A DNA stretch of 63,298 nt, counting the filler, from Intoshia linei (lineage: Eukaryota > Animalia > Orthonectida): NCBI GenBank assembly GCA_001642005.1. It is 7 parts of 7 records of this genome, joined end to end, with 100 filler letters (N's around TTAATTAATTAA, not from the genome) between each part and the next. Parts side by side here need not be neighbours in the genome. Positions count along the whole stretch, not along the records: positions 36,757 to 55,254 come from LWCA01000769.1; positions 55,355 to 57,123 come from LWCA01002499.1; positions 57,224 to 59,806 come from LWCA01002276.1; positions 59,907 to 63,298 come from LWCA01002102.1; 3 more parts are not named here. One strand, written 5' to 3'. The position numbers and the translations under genes are program-made. Position 1 is the first letter of the stretch. Every line of letters starts with the position of its first letter. Below are positions 52,098 to 63,298 of the stretch, piece by piece. The notes beneath the pieces were generated by a model. That model worked only from the letters and a program-made list of their open reading frames with translations. It did no database searches and had not been told where the DNA came from.

Positions 52098-53671
52098 CAC
52101 TGCGTTCCAAATTATTATGCAAACATTAAAAAAAACTTTAATAATTTAAAAAATAGTCACTTAATTCTATTAATTTTTTTATCATAATTTAATCATTCAC
52201 CATATACAACTTTATTGTTACCAAAAAAATTTATCACGTTTCCAAAAAAACATTCTAGCTAACATTTTATATTGTTGAGTAATTTTTAGTGTGCCAAATT
52301 ATTATGCTAATCAAAATTTAAAATAATTATTGGTAAATTAATATCACTTACAGTTGACGAAAAAGATAAAATCCTTAAAATAACGAAATATCGATAAATG
52401 AAATAGCTTCAAATTTAGAACGTGATCATCGCACAATCCGTCGATATATAGAAAACCCTTCCAACAAGAGGAAAAAAAAGGCAAAGGGATCATTCAAAGG
52501 AGTATCTATTAAAGATATATCCATATTGAACTAGAAATGGTCCGAAACCCTTTTAGCACTTCTCTAGAGATATTTAAATCATCAGGATAAATTGATATAC
52601 CCAAAACTACGAGATGCAGACTATTAAAAACGGTTGGTATAGTAAGTCATGCTAAAGGTAAACCAGGTTTAACCAAACGACACCTGGAATTATGACTATT
52701 CTGGGTTAAAAATTACATGAAGATAAATTTTTCAAATGTAATTTTTACCGATGAAACCAGAATATCTTTAGATGGGCCAGATTCGTGGAGATCGTGTATA
52801 CTTGTATACCTGTTACTTGTTCGATCACCACCAAACCGTTTAAGGCGGTATAAAGAAGTGGGAATATAATGATTTGGACAGACATTGTGAAAGACATTAT
52901 TATTGGGCTTTTTAAGTTAGATAATTGAGTCAATATTAATTCTGAAAAATACTGTGCGTTTTTAAAAAATAATGATTTTTTGTGAATAAAAAAAAGAGGA
53001 AAAAGCTTTCTTAAAAATTTTATTTTTATGCATGATTATGCCTTAAGTCACGCGTCCCGTCATAAAAAAGAATATCTTTCATTAAATGGCTATGGATTAA
53101 AAAAAATAATGTGTTGGCCGCCAAATTCTCCTGATCTTAATTATATTGAAAATGTATAGTCCATAATTAAAAGAAAGATATACAGTGGGAATAAACAATA
53201 CCAATCAAAAAACGATATATGGCATGCAATTTTGACAGAAATCAAAACAATCGATGCAAAAACAATTGAAAATTGCACGAAATCTAAACGGATCAACGAC
53301 TTTTTCTTGTAATATCCCTGAAAGGGGGTATAATAATATGTAAACTTTAATTACATTTTTTTTGCTTGAATTTGGTTTAAAATACAATGGATTATATTAT
53401 TTAAATATTTCAAAATATTTATTTATTCGTATTAACATTGAAATTATTGTTTAATATTAATTTGCATAATAATTTGGCTCACCAAAAATCACAAAATTTT
53501 CTTAAATCTTTGTGTATTCATTTTTTTTGGAATACATTACATTTTTCTTGGGACATTAAAGTATTTTAGTTGAAATATATAAATATGATAAAAAAATTAA
53601 TAGAATTAAAAGTAACTACTTTTTAAATTATTAATGTTTTTAATGTTTGCATAATAACTTGGAACGCAGTG
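52098..53671 (+). mobile_element. Full-length Tc1 transposon (IR/DR type) with degenerate DDE transposase
   Basis: TA|CACTGCGTTCCAAATTATTATGCAAAC...GTTTGCATAATAACTTGGAACGCAGTG|TA; long TIRs with internal direct repeats; VIFTDETRISLDGPD, FMHD, WPPNSPDLNYIEN, with stops. Confidence 0.93.
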
Positions 53672-54283
53672 TATTTATATTTCAGCTACAATATATTTGG
53701 GAATCACAAAATATGTTTAGGTTGTAATAAATTTTCCTTTATAAAAATTATCTTAAGGATACTTATATTTAATACATACACTATGATGTAATAATGATAT
53801 GATACATTTTAATCTTAACATGTTATTTAACTTAGCTTCAATAATATAGCAAGTAATTTATAATAATTTTTACGTAATGTCAATCAACATTAATGTAAAT
53901 AATATTCATATACAACATATATTTTACGAAAAATACTTTTTTTAATGAAATTACTTCTGCATACAAATATTTTTACATTGCATTAATAGTTTTATTAATT
54001 TTTTAATTGTAATTATTTAGTTTGTAATACATATAAAAATACATAATACATTAATTTATTCTATATTGTAATACATTATGAGAGATTAAACATATAATTA
54101 TAATGTGACACAAATGTAAAATGAAATTTTGATAATATCATGACATTAAATCAAGTAGATATCCAAGTTAAATGTCCTACTCAATGAGTACGACTCACTT
54201 TTTTAATATTTTTAATGCTTAGTAATATAAAATTGTTAAAAACCCAAAATTTTCAGAATTTTCAGTAATTCGGTGATATAGAC

Positions 54284-54549
54284 CAGTGATTCTTAACCGA
54301 TGCGACAAAAGTAGAGTTCGAGTGCATCGCAAAGAAATATGAGTTTAATTTACCACCAAAAATATCAATATTCCATCATCCATTAAATTCTTTACTATAT
54401 TTAAGTTTACAAAATAAAAATATTTTTGTATTATGATATTTATCGTTTTTAATCTTTCCACATTTTTGAAAATCGGTGTGTTTTTTATACGCCCAAATTT
54501 TTATTTATTTAGTAGGTGCACCTGAAATAAAAAAGGCTAAGAAACATTG
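54284..54549. mobile_element. hAT Buster-type MITE
   Basis: Perfect 8-bp TSD ATATAGAC; TIRs CAGTGATTCTTAACC / GGCTAAGAAACATTG. Confidence 0.85.
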
Positions 54550-55354
54550 ATATAGACAGACACTCAATATACGTTTATATCTGAATTTTTTAATCTTGCA
54601 ATCGTATAATTTTCCGCTGACTGAATTATGACTGAAAAAATTAAATATTTATAAGGTGAAAGTTGGTCCATTAAGATTTAACCGTATTTTCAATTTTTAA
54701 GGGGCAGAAAGAAGGGGTTCGTGGAACTTTCAGTTTAAGAACCATTGTTATACATGTATATGCCGTCAATATTTAAAATGAAACAATCTTATTTAATATA
54801 AATCTTTTAAAAATGGCGTAATACAGCAGGATTGGTTCATCTCTTGTGATTAATATTGAATATAATCTTAGATTGTAATCATAATTACATATATTTAAAA
54901 TATTAATATGTATAAACTTCTTATGCTATAATTTGGACAAAAGTACCAGTATTTTGTAAACTATTAGATTGTATTAAGAATATAGAGCCAACGGTTACAG
55001 GTACAAGAATTGTAAAATTCTCAAATATAAAGGACTCATTATACATTATTAATACATTAATCATGTTAGATTGTAATTTTTTTTCATTATCAATTATATT
55101 AATAATAATTAATATTTTGGACGCGTATTATTTATGTATAACATTTTGGATTCCATATAACAGTATATACTGTATATATAAATAATATATATTTTATAAT
55201 ATATTATATATATTTCTGTATAAAAATATTAAAATTTTAATTTTTTTGTTTAAANNNNNNNNNNNNNNNNNNNNNNNNNNNNNNNNNNNNNNNNNNNNTT
55301 AATTAATTAANNNNNNNNNNNNNNNNNNNNNNNNNNNNNNNNNNNNNNNNNNNN

Positions 55355-55947
55355 TGTTATATGGATGATATTATAGTAGCATCTAATGATAAAGATCAGC
55401 ATAAAAAAAATTTAAAAGTGTTTATGCGAATAACAAATATAACATCACATTAAAGCCCATTAAAACATTTGTTGGTCAGGAAAAAATATATATATTGGGC
55501 CACGTGGTTGTTAAAGACGGAATTAACATTAACCCAAATAAAGTAAAAGCTATAGGAAATATAGCAGCACCTACCACTCTTAAACGGTTACGTTCTTTTA
55601 TAGGAATGTGTAGTTATCATAGACAATACATAAAAAACTTTGCTGATATAGTTGGACCATTACATGACTTACTAAAGCGTAAATCGCAATTTATTTGGAC
55701 TAATGATTGTAATAAGGCTTTTATTATTTTAAAAAAGGCTTTAACTTCGGCACCGGTACTTATGCTTCAGATAAAGCAATGGGTGCCGTGTTGAAACAGA
55801 ATGGAAAAATAATAGAATGTGCAAGTAAAATTTTTACAAAAACGGAAAATAATTATAGCACTATTGAAAAAAAATTATTAGCCGTAGCATAAGCCATTCA
55901 AAAATTTAAATATTATCTTTATGGTACTACATTTACAGTTTTTACAG
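55355..55947 (+). mobile_element. Ty3/Gypsy pol fragment (RT and RNase H), degenerate
   Basis: YMDDIIV, LGHVV, LRSFIGMCSYHRQYIKNFA, LTSAPVL, NYSTIEKKLLAV. Confidence 0.92.
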
Positions 55948-56314
55948 GACCTATTATTGCGTGCACTGTAGGTTTGTCGAAGGTGGACTTTTTAATTCTT
56001 TCAAAAAAATACATTCAATAATAAAATTTTACACAAAAATGCTAATATTCGCTATTACCTATCCTTTAAAAGAGTAGGTCCCAAACTTGTTTGACTATGG
56101 TACGGTTGAATTAAATGTTATTTTTGAATCTTTATTATTTATTAAATGAGCTAAACCAGTTATTATTTGTATAACCAAAAAAACTGTCAAAAATATCAAA
56201 TTCCCACAGGTAGGTATCATTATTACGGATAGCAAAACAAAATAACTGTTAAAATGAAATGATCAATCCATAATCTAAAACTATATCTAAAATTCATTCG
56301 CATTATACATTGTA

Positions 56315-57123
56315 CTAGCTTGGCTGTTTTATACTACGTACAAACATCACCTAGCTCTGCCGAAAGCACTCTTTTATTATACCAAAAAAATAAATTCATG
56401 TTGAAAATCTAACTTAAAAATCCTACTATTAACTATTAGCCATCCTTTAAAGGAGTGGTTCCCAAATTTGTTTCAGGTGGAACCATCACATCACATTACT
56501 TTTTACTTTAAAGTGAATTATTCCATCTTAATTTTTTGTTTGTTAACATTTGTGTAAAAGAATTTTAAAAACAATTTTTTATCCCATTTTTTTAATTTAT
56601 TAGACGGAATGTGTGTATAATATTAAAAATAAAGTAAAAACAGTCCAATCCTAAAAATTCCATAAATAGCATAAATTCCAGCAAAATAAAATTATAAAAA
56701 CCTATTTTGTCATTTTGAGTGTGATAATATATATTCAGTACCAATTTAATAAATTTGCATTATTTGTATCAGACTCATTGAGACGTCTCATCTTCATCTT
56801 TATAGCCTGTTTGTCACTGAATGTTGCTTTTCTTTTTACCATTTTATGTTAAATTTGTAACAATTATAAATAAAAAAACAACGTTTATCAGTGAGTATAA
56901 ATTTAATTTTATCAATTTATTGTTGTAGTGTTATAAATAAATTAAAGTTTATACAAAATGTTTTGAAAATAAAAATTTGAAATTTAAAAATTGTGTAGCA
57001 ATGAAAAAAATTCCGAAGGAATGAATTATACAGATTTTCACTTTTATGGCTTTATCGGAAATGTGTAGGCGTACAATCCACATTTTTTTGAAATTGTAGG
57101 ATCAATATTTACATTTTCAATTT
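56315..57123 (-). mobile_element. Helitron 3' half
   Basis: Plus strand A|CTAGCTTGGCTGTTTTATACTACGTACAAACATCACCTAG...; truncated by the gap. Confidence 0.8.
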
Positions 57124-57414
57124 NNNNNNNNNNNNNNNNNNNNNNNNNNNNNNNNNNNNNNNNNNNNTTAATTAATTAANNNNNNNNNNNNNNNNNNNNN
57201 NNNNNNNNNNNNNNNNNNNNNNNCATAGTATACAAATTGTATTATGTTTATCTAGGTTAAATTACCTCAAACATATTCAGATGTATGTGCTAAATAACAT
57301 ACTAGCTACAATTTAGTCGAGCTGAACGACAGATTCCACAGTATCATTATGTTGTTCGTTAATTGCTAGGTACCATTGATTATGCAAAACAATTTCGCAG
57401 TGCTATTATGAAAT

Positions 57415-58122
57415 ATGGTATTATTGAAAAATAAATTATTTAAATTAATTTAGGAAGCTCATAACACAAGAAATACATATTCAAAAACCCACGAAATTTT
57501 AGTGGGTCTTTTTGTGTTTTCGCTTCTCCTATCATGCATCACTAGTTTTATTGCAATATGCTCTCCAGATTGGGCTAAATCAGTCCTTGGTGAAGTCAAA
57601 GCCGGAGTATATATTAATGCAAACTATGAAATGTACATATACGGATTATGGCAATATTGTAGCATACCAGTAAACTCCGGCAGAATATGCAGAACATACA
57701 TTTACATAATATATGATAGTATGCGTTAACTATTATTAAATATATTTGTTATAGATTGGATACAATATTGTCAATTTTGTTCGATTTTGGCTATTTTGCT
57801 TAATATATCAGCCTTCCTATATTGGTTTTGGAACAAGGCTAATTCACGAATTCAATTTTCTGTTAAATATTTGGCATATACATCAGTAATTATGGGTCTC
57901 AATGCATTTATTTCTCTTACCATAATAATAGTATACGCTTTCCGGTATAAGCAAAGTCTCATAAATTCTGCTATGGAGTCAAATAATTTGTCCTTCAAAA
58001 TAATGTCAAATTTAACATGGGCATTTGGATTATATTCAATTGGTACTATTTTTTCAATTATTGGTACCTTATCCAGTGCACTTAACTATTTTGTCACTAA
58101 AAAACTCATCAATTCAAATTGA
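57415..58122 (+). CDS. Claudin/PMP22-family tetraspan membrane protein (3 coding exons)
   Basis: ATG, 36-nt intron, exon 57454-57718, short intron, exon 57755-58122; W...YGLWQYC...C claudin signature, four hydrophobic helices, WAFGL in TM4; start exon is inferred. Confidence 0.82.
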
Positions 58123-58741
58123 AATATACATGAATGTAATCAATGTAATAAAAATTATAAATAAAATTTTGTATTTCTTTTCGATGTCGTTTTCATAATA
58201 TGCAAGAATTAATATTTACATTTAAGATTTTCACAAAAATGTAACCCTTATATAATATCTCAAAATTTAGATGACCTGATTAGTTAGGGTCATGAAATTT
58301 TAATGAAGTCAAATTCGTAAATTTTGGATCCATACAAACATTAAAAAAAATTTGGAGTATCACAATGATATTTTTCGTTGTTAGGTGTTCAACCATACTC
58401 CTAATACACAATACTTTAAATACATGGATATATTCCTAAAGATCAACCTTTCCACTTCTATTAACCTATTAGTGACACTCTTTATACTTGGTCAAACATT
58501 ATGATTTTCGAAATGTGTTATTTAAATATGCATTTTTAAATAAGTGCAAAATTTCTAAGGTTTTGAGATACTAGAAGTGGGTAAACTGGCAATGACTACA
58601 TATGTAGTCATTGGCCGCTAACCGGAAAACCACATTAATAAGTCCAAAATATGTCAATAATTCGGTAAATGACTTTAGTTATATATATCTTGATATTCAT
58701 TATGACTCAAAATTAAAATTTAACCAATATGGACTATTTTC

Positions 58742-58990
58742 TCATTTTCCAATAACTACCAATCTCATTTTGTTGCTAGAGTCAATGTTAGAGTATGGCA
58801 TGAAAGTAAACCTAAAAAAATATATAAAAGTGTATATGCTAAACAACCTGTCCTTTGAAACTTTGTGACCCGATACAATTTTATCAGTTATGTGGACTAG
58901 GCTATATTTTGACATTTTTCTCCAAAATATAGCACTTTCATCGGCATTGTATATTTGACACAAATCCAAATAGTTATTAGAGGTTCCTTG
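58742..58990 (-). mobile_element. pogo/Tigger (Jerky-like) DDE_1 transposase fragment
   Basis: QIYNADESAIFWR...GHKVSKDRL...KMRLVVIGK. Confidence 0.85.
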
Positions 58991-59169
58991 GTTATTAGAA
59001 TTATTGTAGAAATTTATTATGCAATTAGCTGTACTTACGATCGAATTACCACTGTAAATATAATACAATTAAAACAATAACTTTACGTTAAATTAGAAAA
59101 TTTTTGGGTCGCGAAAATTTTTTATGTTTATAAGGGGGGTCGCGAACACAAAAAGATTGAAAACCACTG

Positions 59170-59334
59170 ATCTAGCATCTCTAATTGCCCAGCCACATCA
59201 TTTGGAATACTGTCTTCGATTTCTTCTAAATTGGAATCATAATATCCTTGTGGTGGATCAACCATTATTATATCAGTTAATAAAATTGGGTCTACATTTT
59301 CAATAGCATCATTTAAAGTGTTAAAACGAGGCAT
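59170..59334 (-). mobile_element. piggyBac-like transposase acidic N-terminus fragment, cut by a hAT end at 59169
   Basis: DIIMVDPP...DSNLEEIEDSIPNDVAGQLE resembles PGBD N-termini; the adjacent AAAAGATTGAAAACCACTG is a hAT TIR. Confidence 0.55.
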
Positions 59335-60339
59335 GCTGTCAAAGGTTAATAATTTATAATTAAAATATAATAAACTTAGTAAATTTTATTCAGTCTAATA
59401 TGTTGTTCTTTAAAATACGGATTTATATTTAAATCTACTTATAAACTGAATATAGATTAATAAAATATTTATCTATTTTCAGTTAATTAAATTAGTTAAT
59501 ACACATAAATAGGTTTAGTTTGTCAATTTCTAGATAAAATTATCATATTAAACTTGTTTGCCGGTTAGCGGCCAATGACTACATATGTAGTCATGTATAA
59601 ATCTCTATATAACATAATATATCCATGCAATTTTCTAATTTTCACAAATATGAATAACATTAATTCATGGCGATCATTACTCGAGCAGAATTTTAGGCTG
59701 ATTTAATTAATTTCATCACTTAAAATGAATCATAAAATTATTATTTTTGTTCTCAATAGGCAATGATTTAAACCGCAATATCAACATGTTATCAATCACC
59801 AAATCTNNNNNNNNNNNNNNNNNNNNNNNNNNNNNNNNNNNNNNNNNNNNTTAATTAATTAANNNNNNNNNNNNNNNNNNNNNNNNNNNNNNNNNNNNNN
59901 NNNNNNATAAATGTAATGTTGTGTGACCATATGGTCACACTGGGAGTATATGGGTTAATGTGATCAATATTTATAATTGAACATTTTTAATTTTTTTGTA
60001 ATATGGTTTGTAAGTAAAAAGTTAATTTTAATATTTCAGTTTTAACTTAGGTCTGTAACAGAAGTATCCCCTACAGACCGTCTGTAGTAGATGAATTCTA
60101 TAAAATCTAATAATAATATAAATCGTATTAACCCGTATATGAGTGCACATTGTGCACTCATATACGAGCTATTGTGCACTGCACAACACTGTATAATTAT
60201 AATTGACAAATAAACATTACCATTCTCAAGTCTGATATTTTATTTATATGTATTTCATAAGTACGAAATTATAAATGTGTGCCGTTTTTGTATGTGACAT
60301 TTTTGTAAAGTACCATTCCATTACATATAAATACACATT

Positions 60340-61400
60340 TTAACCCCAGAAATCTAAGCATTCCCGGTGAAAAATAATTTTTAATATATTTTCAACCATT
60401 AATTTTCAAATATTTCCATAATTTTGATGATTGAAAATAAAAATTGAAAATGTAAATATTGATCCTATAGTTTCAAAAAAAATGTACACTGAACGTCTAC
60501 ACATTTCCAATAAAGAAATGAGTGAAAATCTATAATTCATTCCTTCGGATTCATTCCAATTCATTTTTTTCATTGCTATGCAATTTTTAAATTATCATTT
60601 TCAAAACATTTTGTTTAAAATTTAAATTATCAACAGTTATTAGTTTTATATTTTTAATTGATATTATAAAATAATTAGATGTTTTAGTAACATCATTCTC
60701 GTGTAATTGAAGTATTAAATAGATTCACACTAAAACGTTGAACCCTAATTATCACATTAAAATTGACAAAATTGGTTTTTATAATTTTATTCTTTCTGGA
60801 ATTTATGCTATTTATGACAATTTTTAGGATTGTATTGTTATAACTTTATTTTTAAGATTATACAAAACATTCTGTCTAATAAATAATAAAAATGGTATAC
60901 AATAATTGATTTTAAAATTCGTTACACTAATGTTAACAAAACAAAATTAAGATAGAATAATTCACTTTAAAGTAAAAGGTAATGTGATATGATGGCTCCA
61001 CGTGAAACAAGTTTGGGAATCACTCCTTTAAAGGATTGATAATAGTGAATATATATTTGAAATATTATCACATAATAATATTTGAAAAATATTGGTTGAT
61101 AATATATTAAAAATTATTTTTCATCGGGAATTCGAAGATTTCTCGGATTGAACTTTTGTATTTATATCAACTGGAATAAGCTCTATCAGAATAATTTTTT
61201 TTTAAATTTTCGGACAATTAATTATTTCACATTTTTTGTTTTAATAAAATATTTCGGAAAAAAATATATGAATACTAAAATGCTTTTTTGACCGTGAAGT
61301 CGTCACTTATTCGGATTGAAATTTTTTTTGTGTGTTAAAAAGATACAACCGCACCATCTGCAAATATTTTTAAATTTAAATTTATGAGAATATTTATAAT
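60340..61400. repeat. Two Helitron-family fragments in opposite orientation
   Basis: 60340-61050 matches 40470-41125; 61080-61400 matches 36810-37080 and 6150-6490. Confidence 0.7.
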
Positions 61401-61419
61401 TTTATTAATTAAGGCATTA

Positions 61420-62550
61420 CCAAGAAGAATTTTGAATTTTTGGATTCACGCTTGCTAATGATGTCAGTAAACCATTATGTATTGAGTGTGGTTCAAGTTT
61501 AACAAATGAATCCATGAAAAAATCAAAATTACAAATTCATCAGAAAACTAAACATCCATTTTCTGTTGGAAAAGACAAAAAAAAAAAGCCAGTAAAATTA
61601 CCTGACTTCTTTAAGAAAGTGAACATGATGAAAGATAAAAACATTAAAGCAAAGTTATTTAGTTGCAGAAATAATATCCAAAGTAGGTGCACCTCAAGTA
61701 TATGGTGAAAAGCTTATTAAGCCAGCCATGATGGCTTGTGCAAGGGAACTTCTTGGAAAAGATGCTGTGTCAATTCTTAATAACATCCCACTTTCAAGAT
61801 ATTGTGACTAGAAGACAAAATAAAATGTCAGAATATGTTGAATTGAAAGTTGTTGAAATACTAAAAAACACAAAGTTTTCTCTCCAGGTTGATGAAACCA
61901 CCATTCATAATCAAGCTCTTTTACTTGCATATGTCCAATTTATATATCAAAATGACATAAGAGAAGAAATGTTGTTTCTTAGAAGTTTCTCAGTAAAAAC
62001 TTGTGAAGAGAATATTTTCTATGAAGTAAAAAAATTATTTGAATAACAAAAACATTCCTTTGACTAATTTAATACAAATTGCCTCTGGTGGTGCTGCTGC
62101 CATAACTGGATTAGTAATTGGATATGTATCAAGAATGAACACAGTTGCTCCTCACATATCTCATTATTCTATATATCATATATCCGCATTATTCACCAGC
62201 AACATTTGGCTGCAAAAAAATGTTGGAGGGGATATGGAAGAAGCCTTAAATGCTGCTATACATGCTATATATTTTGTTAAAGCAAACTCACTTAATAACA
62301 GAATATTCGCATAATTTTGTGAATATGAGAAACTCTGGTGCTACATACTGAAGTCAGATGGCTGTCAAAAGGCAATAGTCTTAAAAGACTTGTAGGTTTG
62401 TGGGATCCTCTGATAAATTTTTTAGTGTTCAAATCAAATTTGGTGAAAGACCCTAATATGAAAAAACAAGCAACAAAAGTACAGTAAATTGTTGATAATC
62501 TTAGAAATTCTGATACAAAATCAAAAATATTTTAACTTACCATATTTTAA
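61420..62550 (+). mobile_element. hAT Buster (SCAND3/ZBED5-like) transposase pseudogene
   Basis: CIECGSSLTNESMK zinc finger, GEKLIKPA, FSLQVDETT, LLAYVQF, HTEVRWLSKG; frameshifted. Confidence 0.9.
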
Positions 62551-63139
62551 TATTAATTAATTATTATTATTAATTAAGGAAAATTAGACATACTATTGAT
62601 AATAGCAAAATTTAAACAGAAAATAGACGATAACAAAAAAAACTTGGAAAAGCAAGAAAACTAAAATATGATGACCCTATTTGTAAAACTGCTAATCTTT
62701 TAAATCGAAGATACCAAATTTGCCTGGATATATGGAATGACTTTCTCAATGACGTATCAATAACGATGGCTCAAAATTTAAAAAGACATGACATTGTTGG
62801 ATATTTATTTAGACCATATTTAATGCATGATTTGCGACATTTATTAAGAGAAAGAAGATTATCTCGTACAAGGACCACTGCAAAAGATATCATATATTTC
62901 TTTTTGGAAAATCAATATTTATCATTTGATAAAAGTAATGAAATGAGTTTTAAATCTAATTTGAGAAAAACGCAATGTTTTTAAAAAAAATAGTTATAAA
63001 AGAGAGACCAGAAAATCAAGAGATTTTACATTTTTGAGTATGTAAAATAAACTTGGTAAAGTTTACATCCGAACAAATCTGATAATTTAGATCAGTGACC
63101 ACGAAATTATGTCCCGCGGGTCAAATCTGGTGCGCAATT

Positions 63140-63298
63140 GAAAACAATGAATTTAAAGACAATAGAAATAAAAACACGCTCAACGGCTTTAAATTGAAGA
63201 ACACTAGTCAATTTAACCATGAAAAAATATAAAATAAATCCCCTAAACGTAATTGCTATAGCCGTTGATAATGCGGCAAATATGCTTTCGTGTATTAA
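63140..63298 (+). mobile_element. hAT (Ac-like) transposase fragment
   Basis: LNVIAIAVDNAANML motif at the window end. Confidence 0.5.

Noticed and set aside
1-63298. tRNA, rRNA or snRNA genes
   Set aside because: No cloverleaf, box A/B or rRNA-like conserved sequence recognised by eye; a covariance-model scan would be needed to exclude small ncRNAs.

Overview
Very AT-rich animal genomic DNA with spliceosomal genes. Many introns are tiny (about 29-60 nt), while others are expanded to 0.5-2 kb by transposons. Six scaffold gaps carry an artificial TTAATTAATTAA spacer. The tiny introns and gene set suggest a compact-genome invertebrate such as an orthonectid (Intoshia-like); this is inference, not verified. 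Genes spliced by hand: RIIAD1 (+), RSU1 (-), 3' part of SOAT/ACAT (-), two tandem CANT1-family apyrases (+; one apparently secreted, one membrane-anchored), 3' part of DCST2 (+), an ERICH3/DUF4590 + LRR gene (-), an orphan signal-peptide/GPI-like gene (+), 3' half of an IP3-receptor-like Ca2+ channel (-), a claudin-like tetraspan (+) and two small orphan candidates. Repeats: an abundant non-autonomous Helitron family, several hAT lineages and their MITEs, a full-length IR/DR Tc1, and Merlin, pogo, piggyBac and Gypsy remnants. Best finding: the IP3R-like channel has two tandem, phase-matched, mutually exclusive exons (42578-42756 and 42307-42482), each encoding a different TM5-pore helix-selectivity filter module. 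Second best: a secreted-type apyrase paralog with Tyr at the position of human CANT1 E160, a substitution associated with ADPase-type insect apyrases.
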